Below, piece after piece: positions 15,378-23,861 of a DNA stretch of 64,000 nucleotides. The stretch is from positions 140,823-204,822 of the forward strand of contig DATGIT010000009.1 in assembly GCA_035295545.1 (NCBI GenBank), written 5' to 3'. Source of the DNA: Candidatus Binataceae bacterium (GTDB lineage Bacteria; Desulfobacterota; Binatia; Binatales; Binataceae). The position numbers and the translations under genes are program-made. Under the pieces are notes generated by a model. The model was not told where the DNA came from. It did not search any database and saw nothing but the letters and a program-made list of their open reading frames with translations. How positions within the stretch are numbered: position 1 is the first letter of the stretch; each line of letters begins with the position of its first letter.

Positions 15378-15989
15378 ATGGCGTGGATTCGGACGATCTC
15401 GGAGCAGGCGGCGGACGGGCCGCTGGCCGAACTTTTCGCGAAACTCCGGCGCAATCCGCACTTTGCCGGGGTGCCCAATATAATCAAGGCCTTCAGTCTG
15501 CGGCCGGAAATCGCAGCAGCGGTGACCCGGCTCTCGACCGCGGCAACCTTCGGCGGCTCGCATCTCACCCGCGTGCAGGAGGAGATGATTGCCACGGCAG
15601 TGTCGGCGGCGAATCGATGCCATTATTGAACGAATGCGCACGCGGAGGTGCTCCGCGTCGAATCGGGCGGAGAACACGCGCTGGTGCAGGCGATTAAGGA
15701 GAACTGGCGCGGTGCGGCACTGGGCGAGGCCGATCGCGCGATGCTGGCGTATGCCGAGAAGCTCACGCGCACGCCCTGGGCGATGACCCGCGCCGACCTG
15801 GACGAACTGCGCCGCCATTTCACCGAGGAGCAGGCCTACGACATCGTCGTGATCGCATGCCTGTTCAATTTCATGGACCGCGCGGCGGACGCATTCGGCG
15901 TCGAGCTTGATGCGACGCTGCGCGCGCGCGCACGTTCGGCCCCCGAGGGCGAGGCGCTGGGCGAGGCCGCAGCCGGGAAGCGGAGTTGA
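15378..15989 (+). CDS. Putative selenoprotein: AhpD-like / carboxymuconolactone-decarboxylase-family peroxidase-related enzyme with in-frame TGA (Sec) at 15627-15629
   Basis: The tracked ORFs 15339-15629 and 15648-15989 are in the same frame and separated by a single TGA. The read-through product is ...MIATAVSAANRCHY[U]TNAHAEVLRVESGGEHALVQAIKENWRG..., so the TGA sits exactly at the second Cys of the family motif N-x-C-x-Y-C-x-x-x-H. The N-terminus (MAWIRTISEQAADGPLAELFAKLRRNPHFAGVPNIIKAFSLRPEIAAAV) matches this family. A hairpin follows 10 nt downstream. Confidence 0.75.
15640..15658 (+). promoter_or_regulatory. Candidate bacterial SECIS hairpin for the AhpD-like selenoprotein
   Basis: ACGCGGAG-GUG-CUCCGCGU is a perfect 8-bp stem (or a 6-bp stem with a 7-nt AGGUGCU loop containing GGU). 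It starts 10 nt after the UGA at 15627-15629. Confidence 0.55.
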
Positions 15990-16387
15990 CGATGAAGATC
16001 GCTCGTCGCAAGCGCGTCATCGTGCTGTCGGCCGCATTCGGACTGGTGGCGGGCGGATGCTCGCTCTTTCACAGGACGCCGCCGCAGCAGCAGTACCTCG
16101 ATGCGCTCAAGATGGGCAATGCGGCGCAGGCGAGTCAGGTCTGGCTGCAGATGTCGCCGGAGCAGCGCGTCCAGTTTCAACGCGGCGAAGGTATGCGTCC
16201 GACGGTCTCGCACAACGCGGTGCAGCAGGCGATCGACGACCATTACTCCGATCGGGGCGAAGACGGCGCGACGCCCAGCCAGGTCCAGGTGAATCCGGAT
16301 CTCGGCGGCAGCTTGCAGGACCTGCCTTCGTACCTCGACTCCCAGGACATCGGCGGGACTCCGCAGATTGCGCCGTCCAGCCAGTAA
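15986..16387 (+). CDS. Hypothetical lipoprotein
   Basis: Lipobox-type signal peptide (LVAGGCS). Start overlaps the upstream stop (ATGA), suggesting translational coupling with the AhpD-like gene. Confidence 0.55.
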   Translation: MTMKIARRKRVIVLSAAFGLVAGGCSLFHRTPPQQQYLDALKMGNAAQASQVWLQMSPEQRVQFQRGEGMRPTVSHNAVQQAIDDHYSDRGEDGATPSQVQVNPDLGGSLQDLPSYLDSQDIGGTPQIAPSSQ

Positions 16388-16453
16388 ACGCGCGCCGCGA
16401 CTCGCGACGCCATCGCGTCGATAAAAGTTCACCGGAAAGGATACCGACCCACG

Positions 16454-17608
16454 ATGGAGTTTGCCTTCAATCCTGACCAGGAGATGCTGCGCCGCACGCT
16501 GGCCGATTTCGCCGCGCGCGAACTCGCTCCCGCCTACGCCGGGCGCGACAAGGATGAAGACCTGCCGCGCACCGTGGTGGACAAGCTCGGCGGGATGGGA
16601 TTGCTCGCGCCGATGGTCGAGCAGCGATACGGCGGGCAGGCGCTGGACTACGTATCGCTCGGCATCGCACATGAAGAGGTCGGCCGTGCCGATTTCAACG
16701 CCGCCTACGTGCTGCTGCTCTCGGCGCTGGTCGGCGCGATCATCGGCTCGCGCGGCGACGATCGTCAGCGCGCCGCGTATCTGCCGCCGATCTGCAGCGG
16801 CGAAGCGGTCACCGCGCTCGCCGTCACCGAGCCCGCGGGCGGTTCGGATGCGGCGCACGTTCGGCTGCAGGCGCGGCGCGACGGCGATACCTACGTGCTC
16901 AACGGGGAGAAAACCTCGATCTCGCTCGGCTCGTGGGCCGACACGGCGCTGGTGATGGCGCGCACGGGCACGCTCGAGCAGGGCGCGCGTGGGGTGAGCG
17001 CGTTTTACGTCGATCTCCACGCGCCGGGAGTGAGCCGCGCGCGCTTTCGCGACCTGGGGACGCGAGCGATCGGACGCGGCCAGCTCTTTTTCGACGAGGT
17101 GCGCGTTCCCGCCGCCGCCCGGGTCGGCGAGGAGGGCGCCGGTTTCGTGCAGGTGATGCAGGGCTTTGACTTCAGCCGCTCGTTAATCGGGCTCATGTGT
17201 ATCGGCGCGGCGCAGCAGAGCGTGGATGAGACCGTCAAGTACGTGGCTGAGCGCCAGGCGTTCGGCGGCGCGCTCGCCCGCTTCGAGGGCGTCTCGTTCC
17301 CGCTGGCCGAGGCTGCGGTCAAGCTGCGCGCGGCGCGGCTGCTCTGCTACGAGGCGCTATGGCTGCGCGATCGGCAGCAGCCGCACGGATGGCTCGCGGC
17401 CGGATGCAAATGGTGGGCGCCCGAGCTTGCGGTGCAGGTCATCCATCAATGCCTGCTCCTGCACGGCCACCTCGGCTTCAGCATGGACCTGCCGCATCAG
17501 CAGCGGCTGCGCGACGTGATCGGGCTCGAGATCGGCGATGGCACAGCGCAGATCATGAAGACGCTGGTCGCGCGCGAGATTATCGGCAAGACGGCGCGGC
17601 CCTACTGA
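16454..17608 (+). CDS. Acyl-CoA dehydrogenase family protein
   Basis: 384 aa. ACAD N/M/C domain pattern (GGMGLLAPMVEQRYGG...AVTEPAGGSDAA...QLFFDEVRVP...GDGTAQIMKTLVAREI). Confidence 0.85.
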   Translation: MEFAFNPDQEMLRRTLADFAARELAPAYAGRDKDEDLPRTVVDKLGGMGLLAPMVEQRYGGQALDYVSLGIAHEEVGRADFNAAYVLLLSALVGAIIGSRGDDRQRAAYLPPICSGEAVTALAVTEPAGGSDAAHVRLQARRDGDTYVLNGEKTSISLGSWADTALVMARTGTLEQGARGVSAFYVDLHAPGVSRARFRDLGTRAIGRGQLFFDEVRVPAAARVGEEGAGFVQVMQGFDFSRSLIGLMCIGAAQQSVDETVKYVAERQAFGGALARFEGVSFPLAEAAVKLRAARLLCYEALWLRDRQQPHGWLAAGCKWWAPELAVQVIHQCLLLHGHLGFSMDLPHQQRLRDVIGLEIGDGTAQIMKTLVAREIIGKTARPY

Positions 17609-18387
17609 GTAAGCCGCGCGAGAAAGCGCAGACGCATGTAGTCCGCGGTCCATCGCCCGGCCTCGTCGCACAGCACCGGCCGCAGCATCGCGATCGCCTC
17701 GTCGCGCGCCGCGGCGCGCTCGCCCGCGGGCAATCGGCCCAGCATCGGCGCCGCGAACGTATCGAGCCATCCGGCCATGTCGGTCGGCAGCGGCGTCGGC
17801 CGCGGAATAAGCTCGATGTACTCAAGGTTGAAGCCGCCGCGCTCCAGGCGCGCGCGGTAGTCGGCGACCGTCGGGAAATACCATGGGCTTTCGAGGCTGC
17901 CGCTTGCGCCGCGGCGCACGAGCACCGCGAAGAGCGCGACCGTAATCGCCGCGACGCAGCCGTGGCCGCCCATCTCGCCCGCGAAACGGCCGCCGGGTTT
18001 GAGTGCGCGCGCGACGCCGGCGATGACCGCGTCGGGGTCGCGCTTCATCCAGTGCAGCGCAGCGTTGGAGAAGACCGCGTCGAATTCGCGCGCGAACTCG
18101 AGCTGCGCGCCATCGCCGAGGCGCGCGTCGAGTCCGCGCCGGCGCGCGGCGTCGATCATCTCGGCCGAAGCATCCACGCCGACCACCGCTGCGCCTGCGG
18201 CGACGATCTTTTCCGTGAGCACGCCGTCGCCGCATCCGAGGTCGAGGATACGCTCGCCCGGTTGCGGATTGAGCAGCTCGAGCACCGGCTGTCCGAGGGC
18301 TGGCACGAAATGAGCATGCTGTGCATAGCGATCCGCCTGCCATTTCTGGGCCGGCGGCGCCGTGGTCGAGGCTCGTGAATTTGCCAT
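17602..18387 (-). CDS. Class I SAM-dependent methyltransferase (trans-aconitate methyltransferase-like)
   Basis: ILDLGCGDGVLTEKI...VVGVDASAEMIDAARRRG...FDAVFSNAALHWM. Start taken at MANSRASTT (ATG at 18387). Confidence 0.75.
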   Translation of the reverse strand: MANSRASTTAPPAQKWQADRYAQHAHFVPALGQPVLELLNPQPGERILDLGCGDGVLTEKIVAAGAAVVGVDASAEMIDAARRRGLDARLGDGAQLEFAREFDAVFSNAALHWMKRDPDAVIAGVARALKPGGRFAGEMGGHGCVAAITVALFAVLVRRGASGSLESPWYFPTVADYRARLERGGFNLEYIELIPRPTPLPTDMAGWLDTFAAPMLGRLPAGERAAARDEAIAMLRPVLCDEAGRWTADYMRLRFLARLTQ

Positions 18388-19051
18388 CGCCCGGAGGATA
18401 TACTGGAAGCGTAGGAAAGTGGACACGCCCGAAGGCATTCAACTGGCGAACGCGCCGCGGCCGGGAATATCGCCGGCATGGCGTGGCGTCGCTTTTCTGG
18501 CTATCGCCGCGGCGGTGGTGCTGGCGCTGCTGGCGAGCAAGTATGCGGCGGCGCTGAGATACGAACAGATCGCGCAATCCGCCGCGCGCGCCGCGCTCAG
18601 CGATCGAATCACGAGCCTCGAACACGACGTTCTGGATGCTCGTAAACAGGAGACCGCACTACGCCAGCAGCTTGAAGTGAGAGGTCAGAGCGTCAGCGCG
18701 GCGCTGGCGCCGGACTCCCGCATCATCCACCTGGCGCCGCTCGGCGCGCTGCCCAACGCCAGTGCCGTGCTCACCGAAAGCCCGATCAAGAGCCGTGCCG
18801 TGCTGCTGATCAGCGGGCTTCCGCCCCCACCGGCAGGACAGATTTACCAGCTATGGTGGATCGGTCCGCACGGCGAAGCAAAGAAGGCGGCACTGGTTCA
18901 GGTGGACGCGCAGGGCGACGCGATCGAAGCGCTGACCACGCCGCCGGCCGAAGCGCACGTCGTGGCCGGCGAGGTCACACTTCAGCCGAGCAACGATGAC
19001 AATGCGCCGGGCGGCACCATCTATTTTCGCGGCGCGACCGACGAGCGCTGA
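18362..19051 (+). CDS. Anti-sigma-K factor RskA C-terminal-domain-like membrane protein
   Basis: Single TM helix (VAFLAIAAAVVLALLASKYAAAL) followed by an extracytoplasmic domain with the YQLWWIGPHG motif. It lacks an N-terminal sigma-binding domain. Start uncertain: GTG at 18362 overlaps the convergent methyltransferase start. Confidence 0.5.
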   Translation: MVEAREFAIARRIYWKRRKVDTPEGIQLANAPRPGISPAWRGVAFLAIAAAVVLALLASKYAAALRYEQIAQSAARAALSDRITSLEHDVLDARKQETALRQQLEVRGQSVSAALAPDSRIIHLAPLGALPNASAVLTESPIKSRAVLLISGLPPPPAGQIYQLWWIGPHGEAKKAALVQVDAQGDAIEALTTPPAEAHVVAGEVTLQPSNDDNAPGGTIYFRGATDER

Positions 19052-19081
19052 CCGGCCGGCGGCGGCTCGGCGGCGATTGCG

Positions 19082-20479
19082 ATGAGCGCGCTCTCAAGGC
19101 CACGGCTGATGATTGCGGCGACCGGCAGCGGCGTGGGCAAGACCACGGTCACGATCGCATTGATCGGCGCGCTGCGCGCGCGCGGCATGCGCGTCGCGGC
19201 CTTCAAATGCGGGCCCGACTACCTCGACCCGAGTTATCATCGGCGCGCGGCGGGCGCTCCCTCGCACAACCTGGATAGCTGGATGATGGACCGCGCGTCG
19301 GTGCTCGCGACTTTCGCGCGCGCAGCCGCCGATGCCGACGTGGCGGTGATCGAGGGCATGATGGGGCTGTTTGACGGCGCGAGCGCGACCGCCGACGAGG
19401 GTTCGTCGGCGCAAATCGCGAGGTGGCTGGGCGCGCCGGTCGTGCTCGTGGTCGATGCGTCGGGGATGGCGCGCACGGTAGCCGCAGTCGCGCACGGCTT
19501 TGCGCATTTCGATCCTTCGCTGCACCTGGCCGGCCTCATCTGCAATCGCGTCGGCAGCCGCGGACATCTCGAGCTGCTGCGCAGCGCGTCGGTCGAGGTG
19601 CCGGTCCTCGGCGGATTTCCCGGCGATGCGGCTTTGTCGTTTCCCGAGCGTCATCTCGGGCTCATCAGCGCCGACGACGAGCGCGTGGCGCAGCCGCTGT
19701 TCGAGGAGTGGACGGCGATGGCAGCCCAATGGCTCGACCTCGACGCGATTGTCGCGATCGCCCGTGGCGCTCCGGCGCTCGAGGGCGTCGCGGCGGCTGA
19801 GTTGTGGCCGCGCAACTCGCACAGCGCACCGCGATGCCGCATCGGGGTGGCGCATGACGACGCCTTTCACTTCTATTACGAGGACAACCTGCGGCGGCTC
19901 GAACAGGCCGGTGCGCAGATCGTGCGATTTTCGCCGATGCGCGACGCGCAGCTGCCCGCGGTGGACGGACTCTACCTTGGCGGCGGCTACCCGGAGGCCG
20001 CGGCCGCGGTGCTTTCGAACAATCGCGCGATGATCGACGCGATCCGCCGTTTCGCGCGCGAGGGCGGTCCGATCTACGGCGAGTGCGGCGGCCTGATGTA
20101 CCTGAGCGAACGAATTCGCACGCTCGACGGCAGGAGCTGGCCGATGGCCGCGCTGGTCGCCGGCGAGGCCGTCATGGCGCCGCGGCTGCAGGCGCTCGGC
20201 TATGTCGAGGTCGAAACGCGCGTCGACTCGATCCTGGGAGCGGCCGGGATGCTGATGCGCGGCCATCAATTCCGTTACTCGACGCTGACGCAGGCGGCGG
20301 AGCGGAACGAGAAAATCTACGATGTTCGTCCGCGCTGGGGCGATCCCTTCATCGAGGGCTATCGATCCGGCAACGTGCTCGCGTCCTATGTGCATGTGCA
20401 TTGGGCGTCGAATCCGCGCGTCGCGGAAGGGTTCGTCGATTCGTGTGCGAATTGGCGCGCGCGGCGTGGTGAATCGTAA
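19082..20479 (+). CDS. cbiA: Cobyrinate a,c-diamide synthase
   Basis: MIAATGSGVGKTTVTIALIGALRARGMRVAAFKCGPDYLDPSYH... with C-terminal glutamine amidotransferase domain. 465 aa. Confidence 0.85.
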   Translation: MSALSRPRLMIAATGSGVGKTTVTIALIGALRARGMRVAAFKCGPDYLDPSYHRRAAGAPSHNLDSWMMDRASVLATFARAAADADVAVIEGMMGLFDGASATADEGSSAQIARWLGAPVVLVVDASGMARTVAAVAHGFAHFDPSLHLAGLICNRVGSRGHLELLRSASVEVPVLGGFPGDAALSFPERHLGLISADDERVAQPLFEEWTAMAAQWLDLDAIVAIARGAPALEGVAAAELWPRNSHSAPRCRIGVAHDDAFHFYYEDNLRRLEQAGAQIVRFSPMRDAQLPAVDGLYLGGGYPEAAAAVLSNNRAMIDAIRRFAREGGPIYGECGGLMYLSERIRTLDGRSWPMAALVAGEAVMAPRLQALGYVEVETRVDSILGAAGMLMRGHQFRYSTLTQAAERNEKIYDVRPRWGDPFIEGYRSGNVLASYVHVHWASNPRVAEGFVDSCANWRARRGES

Positions 20480-20505
20480 TTAGGGCCGCGGCGGCAGGAG
20501 CGGCG

Positions 20506-22050
20506 TTGAGCACACGGCGCAAATCCGCGCGGACGCTGATGATACAGGGTACGGCGTCCTCCGTCGGCAAGAGCCTGATCGTCGCGGCACTCTGCCGCAT
20601 TTTTCACCGGGCGGGATTGAATGCGGCGCCGTTCAAGGCGCAGAACATGGCGCTCAATTCTTTCGTCACTCCCCAGGGCGGCGAAATCGGACGCGCCCAG
20701 GCGGTGCAGGCGGAAGCGGCCGGCATTGCGCCGCATGTGGATATGAATCCGATCCTGATAAAGCCCGAGGGCGGGATGCGCTCGCAGGTGGTCGTGCTGG
20801 GCAAGCCGGCCGGCAGCATGACCTGGAGTGCATACCAGGACCGCCGCGCCGAGTTCGCCGGCGTCGTCGCCGAGTCCCTCGCGCGCCTGCGTGCGCGCCA
20901 TGACCTGGTGGTAATCGAGGGCGCGGGATCGCCGGCCGAGGTCAATCTTGCCGCCCACGACATCGTGAACATGCACGTTGCCGCCATCGCGGACGCACCC
21001 GTGTTGCTGGTGGGCGACATCGACCGCGGCGGCGTGTTCGCACATCTGACCGGCACGATGGAATTGCTTGCCCCGCCGGATCGCGCGCGTGTCGCGGGAT
21101 TTCTGATCAACAAATTTCGCGGCGACCCCGCGCTCCTCGCGCCGGGACTGGATTTTTTGCGCGCGCGTTTCGACCTGCCCGTGCTCGGCGTGATCCCTTA
21201 CGTCCCGCACCTGCGGATCGCCGACGAGGATTCGGTGGGCCTGGAGGATCGCGCCCGCCGGCGCGCGCCCGCTGCCGACCAGGTCGACATCGCGGTGATC
21301 AGATTGCCGCACATCTCGAACTATGACGACTTCCTGGCGCTCGAGCACGAAGACGGCGTGAGCGTGCGCTTCGTCGAAGAGCCCGATGAAATCGCCGGCG
21401 CCGACCTGGCGATCATCCCCGGTTCGAAGAGCACGGTCGCCGATCTGCGATGGCTGCGCGAGCGGGGAGCGGCGCGCGCGATCGCGGCGCGTGCGCGAGA
21501 GGGCGGGCTGATCGTCGGAATCTGCGGCGGATGCCAGATGCTGGGCGAGCGCATCGCGGATCCTCATAGGGTCGAATCCGAGGAAACTGCGACCAGCGGG
21601 CTTGGTCTGCTGCCGATCGCGACGCGCTTCGCGCGGACCAAGCTCACCACCCAGGTGCGCGCGAGGATCGATGCTCCCTCGATTTTCAGCGGAGGCGAGC
21701 GCGAGCCGTACGAACTTAGCGGCTACGAAATTCACATGGGCCGTAGCGAACGCGGAGCCGGGGTCGCGGCGCCGTTTCGGATTATCGCGCGCAACGGGGT
21801 TGCCCTCGAGGCGCTCGACGGCGCGATCAACCGCGAGGGCAACGTTGCGGGAACGATGCTGCACGGGATCTTCGAAAATCACGCGCTGCGCGCCGCATTT
21901 ATCCGCGCGCTGCGCAGGCGCAAGGGGCTCGAGGCAAGCGGCAGCGCGCGCCCGATCGCCTCGCGCGAACAGGAGTACGATCGCTTCGCCGCCGCGGTCG
22001 CGGAGACTCTCGATCTGCCGGCGCTCAGGCGCATCATCGGGCTCGATTGA
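20506..22050 (+). CDS. cobQ: Cobyric acid synthase
   Basis: LMIQGTASSVGKSLIVAALCRIFHRAGLNAAPFKAQNMALNSFVTPQGGEIGRAQAVQAEAAG... 514 aa, CobQ/CbiP family. Confidence 0.85.
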   Translation: MSTRRKSARTLMIQGTASSVGKSLIVAALCRIFHRAGLNAAPFKAQNMALNSFVTPQGGEIGRAQAVQAEAAGIAPHVDMNPILIKPEGGMRSQVVVLGKPAGSMTWSAYQDRRAEFAGVVAESLARLRARHDLVVIEGAGSPAEVNLAAHDIVNMHVAAIADAPVLLVGDIDRGGVFAHLTGTMELLAPPDRARVAGFLINKFRGDPALLAPGLDFLRARFDLPVLGVIPYVPHLRIADEDSVGLEDRARRRAPAADQVDIAVIRLPHISNYDDFLALEHEDGVSVRFVEEPDEIAGADLAIIPGSKSTVADLRWLRERGAARAIAARAREGGLIVGICGGCQMLGERIADPHRVESEETATSGLGLLPIATRFARTKLTTQVRARIDAPSIFSGGEREPYELSGYEIHMGRSERGAGVAAPFRIIARNGVALEALDGAINREGNVAGTMLHGIFENHALRAAFIRALRRRKGLEASGSARPIASREQEYDRFAAAVAETLDLPALRRIIGLD

Positions 22051-22110
22051 ACGACCGAGGCCGCCCGGCCCCTCAAGACATCGCGCGCGCCACGTTCTAG
22101 AATTGCGCCC

Positions 22111-22989
22111 ATGAGCGAGCATCCGGAAAACCGCGGCCGACCGCCCGCGCCCGGCGCCGACGCGCTGAGTCACGAAGCGCCCAATACGCTTGAAGGCTGG
22201 TGCGTCCTGCACCAGATGTTCCGCGTGCAGCGCGGAAAATTCGGCGCAGTGGATGAGGCGCGGCGCGACCGAATCTTACGCCAGGCGGTTGAAGCGATTT
22301 CGAGCATGGAACGGCGCGAGGACGGCGCGAGCGCGCTATTTTCAACCATCGGGCACAAGGGCGATCTGCTGGCGCTGCACTTCCGCCGCAGCCTCGACGA
22401 TCTCGAGCGGGCGCAGGCGAACGTCGCCGCGCTCGAGTTGAGCGCCTTTCTCGAACCGGCCGCATCCTACGTCTCGATGGTGGAAATCGGGCTCTACGAG
22501 GCCACCGTCGCGCTCAACTCCCGTCTGGCCGCGGCGGGGGTGCGTCCGCATTCGCCGGAGTGGAAGCGCGCGGTCGAAGCGGAGCTTGCGTCCCAGCGCG
22601 AAAAGCTCGCGTCGCGGCTCTGGCCCGAAATTCCCAGGCGCCGCTATCTCAGCTTTTATCCGATGAACAAGCGGCGCGCCGGCGCCGACAACTGGTACCA
22701 GCTCCCGATCGACGAGCGCCGCCGCCTCATGCACGAGCACGGGATGATCGGCCGGCGCTACGCCGGTCAGGTCACGCAGATAATCTCGGGATCGATCGGC
22801 TTCGACGACTGGGAATGGGGCGTCGATTTGTTCGCGGACGATCCGCTGGTGTTCAAGAAGCTGGTGTACGAGATGCGCTTCGACGAATCGAGCGCCCGCT
22901 ATGCCGAGTTCGGTCCGTTCATTGTCGCGCTCAGAATCGACGCCGCCGACCTGGGCAGGGTCGTTTTCGGCCACGCCGCGGCCGGCTGA
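22111..22989 (+). CDS. Chlorite dismutase family protein (HemQ/ChdC-like coproheme decarboxylase candidate)
   Basis: 292 aa with ...SFYPMNKRRAGADNWYQLPIDERRRLMHEHGMIGRRYAGQVTQIISGSIGFDDWEWGVDLFADDP..., typical of the HemQ/Cld family. Confidence 0.65.
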   Translation: MSEHPENRGRPPAPGADALSHEAPNTLEGWCVLHQMFRVQRGKFGAVDEARRDRILRQAVEAISSMERREDGASALFSTIGHKGDLLALHFRRSLDDLERAQANVAALELSAFLEPAASYVSMVEIGLYEATVALNSRLAAAGVRPHSPEWKRAVEAELASQREKLASRLWPEIPRRRYLSFYPMNKRRAGADNWYQLPIDERRRLMHEHGMIGRRYAGQVTQIISGSIGFDDWEWGVDLFADDPLVFKKLVYEMRFDESSARYAEFGPFIVALRIDAADLGRVVFGHAAAG

Positions 22990-23053
22990 ATCGATCGAAT
23001 CTCACGCTGGTTCTCCAGCGGGGTTCTAGTCGCCACTGAGGCGAGGTGGCTAC

Positions 23054-23503
23054 ATGACTCCGCACGAATTCGCGCGCAGCCTTAACGGTCTGTCTGCCGG
23101 AACCCTGATCGAGAATATGGAGATGCTGGAGGCAGGCGAGGGCCGCGCGCGGTGCCGCATGGAGTTAAAGCCGCATCTGCGCCAGCTCACCGGTTTGTTT
23201 CATGCCGGCGCGGTCGTGGGGCTCGCGGACACGGCCGCCACCGCGGCTGCGATGTGGGAATTGAATCCGACCGGCGAATTTCGCCCGGAGCTGTTTCCGC
23301 TTTCGATCCAGGTCTCGGCCAACCTCATTCGTAATACGAATCGTGGCGCACTGACCGCCGCTGCCCAACTGATTCATCGCGGCAAAAGCACGATGGTTGC
23401 CGAGGTGCGGGTGATCGACGATCAAGGGCGGCTGATCGCCAAGGTTACGGTGACCCTGATGGTGCCGAAAGCATCGGCGCAAAAGGGCCGCGCGCAAGTT
23501 TAG
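23054..23503 (+). CDS. PaaI-family hotdog thioesterase
   Basis: 149 aa. LFHAGAVVGLADTAA motif and hotdog-fold length. Confidence 0.65.
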   Translation: MTPHEFARSLNGLSAGTLIENMEMLEAGEGRARCRMELKPHLRQLTGLFHAGAVVGLADTAATAAAMWELNPTGEFRPELFPLSIQVSANLIRNTNRGALTAAAQLIHRGKSTMVAEVRVIDDQGRLIAKVTVTLMVPKASAQKGRAQV

Positions 23504-23835
23504 TTGCGAAACCGGTCGCTCAGGCGCCGCAGCATCCCGGCGCTCGCGTTGCGCTTCCGTCCCTCGTCCGACTCGTGCGCTGAAGCCGTGCCGCCGGGGG
23601 CGACGCCTGATGTTTTGAGGTTGGCGATCAGGTCTTCGACCTCGCCCTCGGCCGGAAAGCGGCCGGCCTCGGCCTTGGAGAAGATCAATTTTCCATCGAC
23701 CAGAATATCGAACTGGCCGGTTTTGCCGACCTTTATGTCGGCCTGCTCGCCGAACCGTTTATGTATCGACGCGGCCAGACTGGCCGCGCGCGGCTTGTAG
23801 CCTCAAGCGGAACAGTAGAGGATTTCCGTAGCCAT
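23500..23835 (-). CDS. selW: Putative selenoprotein: SelW/Rdx-family protein with in-frame TGA (Sec) at 23805-23803
   Basis: Minus-strand translation from ATG (23835): MATEILYCSA[U]GYKPRAASLAASIHKRFGEQADIKVGKTGQFDILVDGKLIFSKAEAGRFPAEGEVEDLIANL... It aligns to the SelW CxxU motif (VVYCGAUGYKSKYLQL ... FEVMVAGKLIHSKKKGDGY). Only the post-TGA part is in the ORF track. A SECIS-like hairpin lies 12 nt downstream. Confidence 0.8.
23769..23789 (-). promoter_or_regulatory. Candidate bacterial SECIS hairpin for the SelW-like selenoprotein
   Basis: The mRNA after the UGA reads GGCUACAAGCC then GCGCGGCC-AGUCU-GGCCGCGU, a 7-8 bp stem with a 5-nt loop containing G and U. Confidence 0.55.
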
Positions 23836-23861
23836 TGTCTTCTCCAGATTGCGTCGACCGC

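Noticed and set aside
19052-19081. Possible cobalamin riboswitch upstream of cbiA
   Set aside because: The gap is only ~30 nt, far too short for a B12 aptamer.
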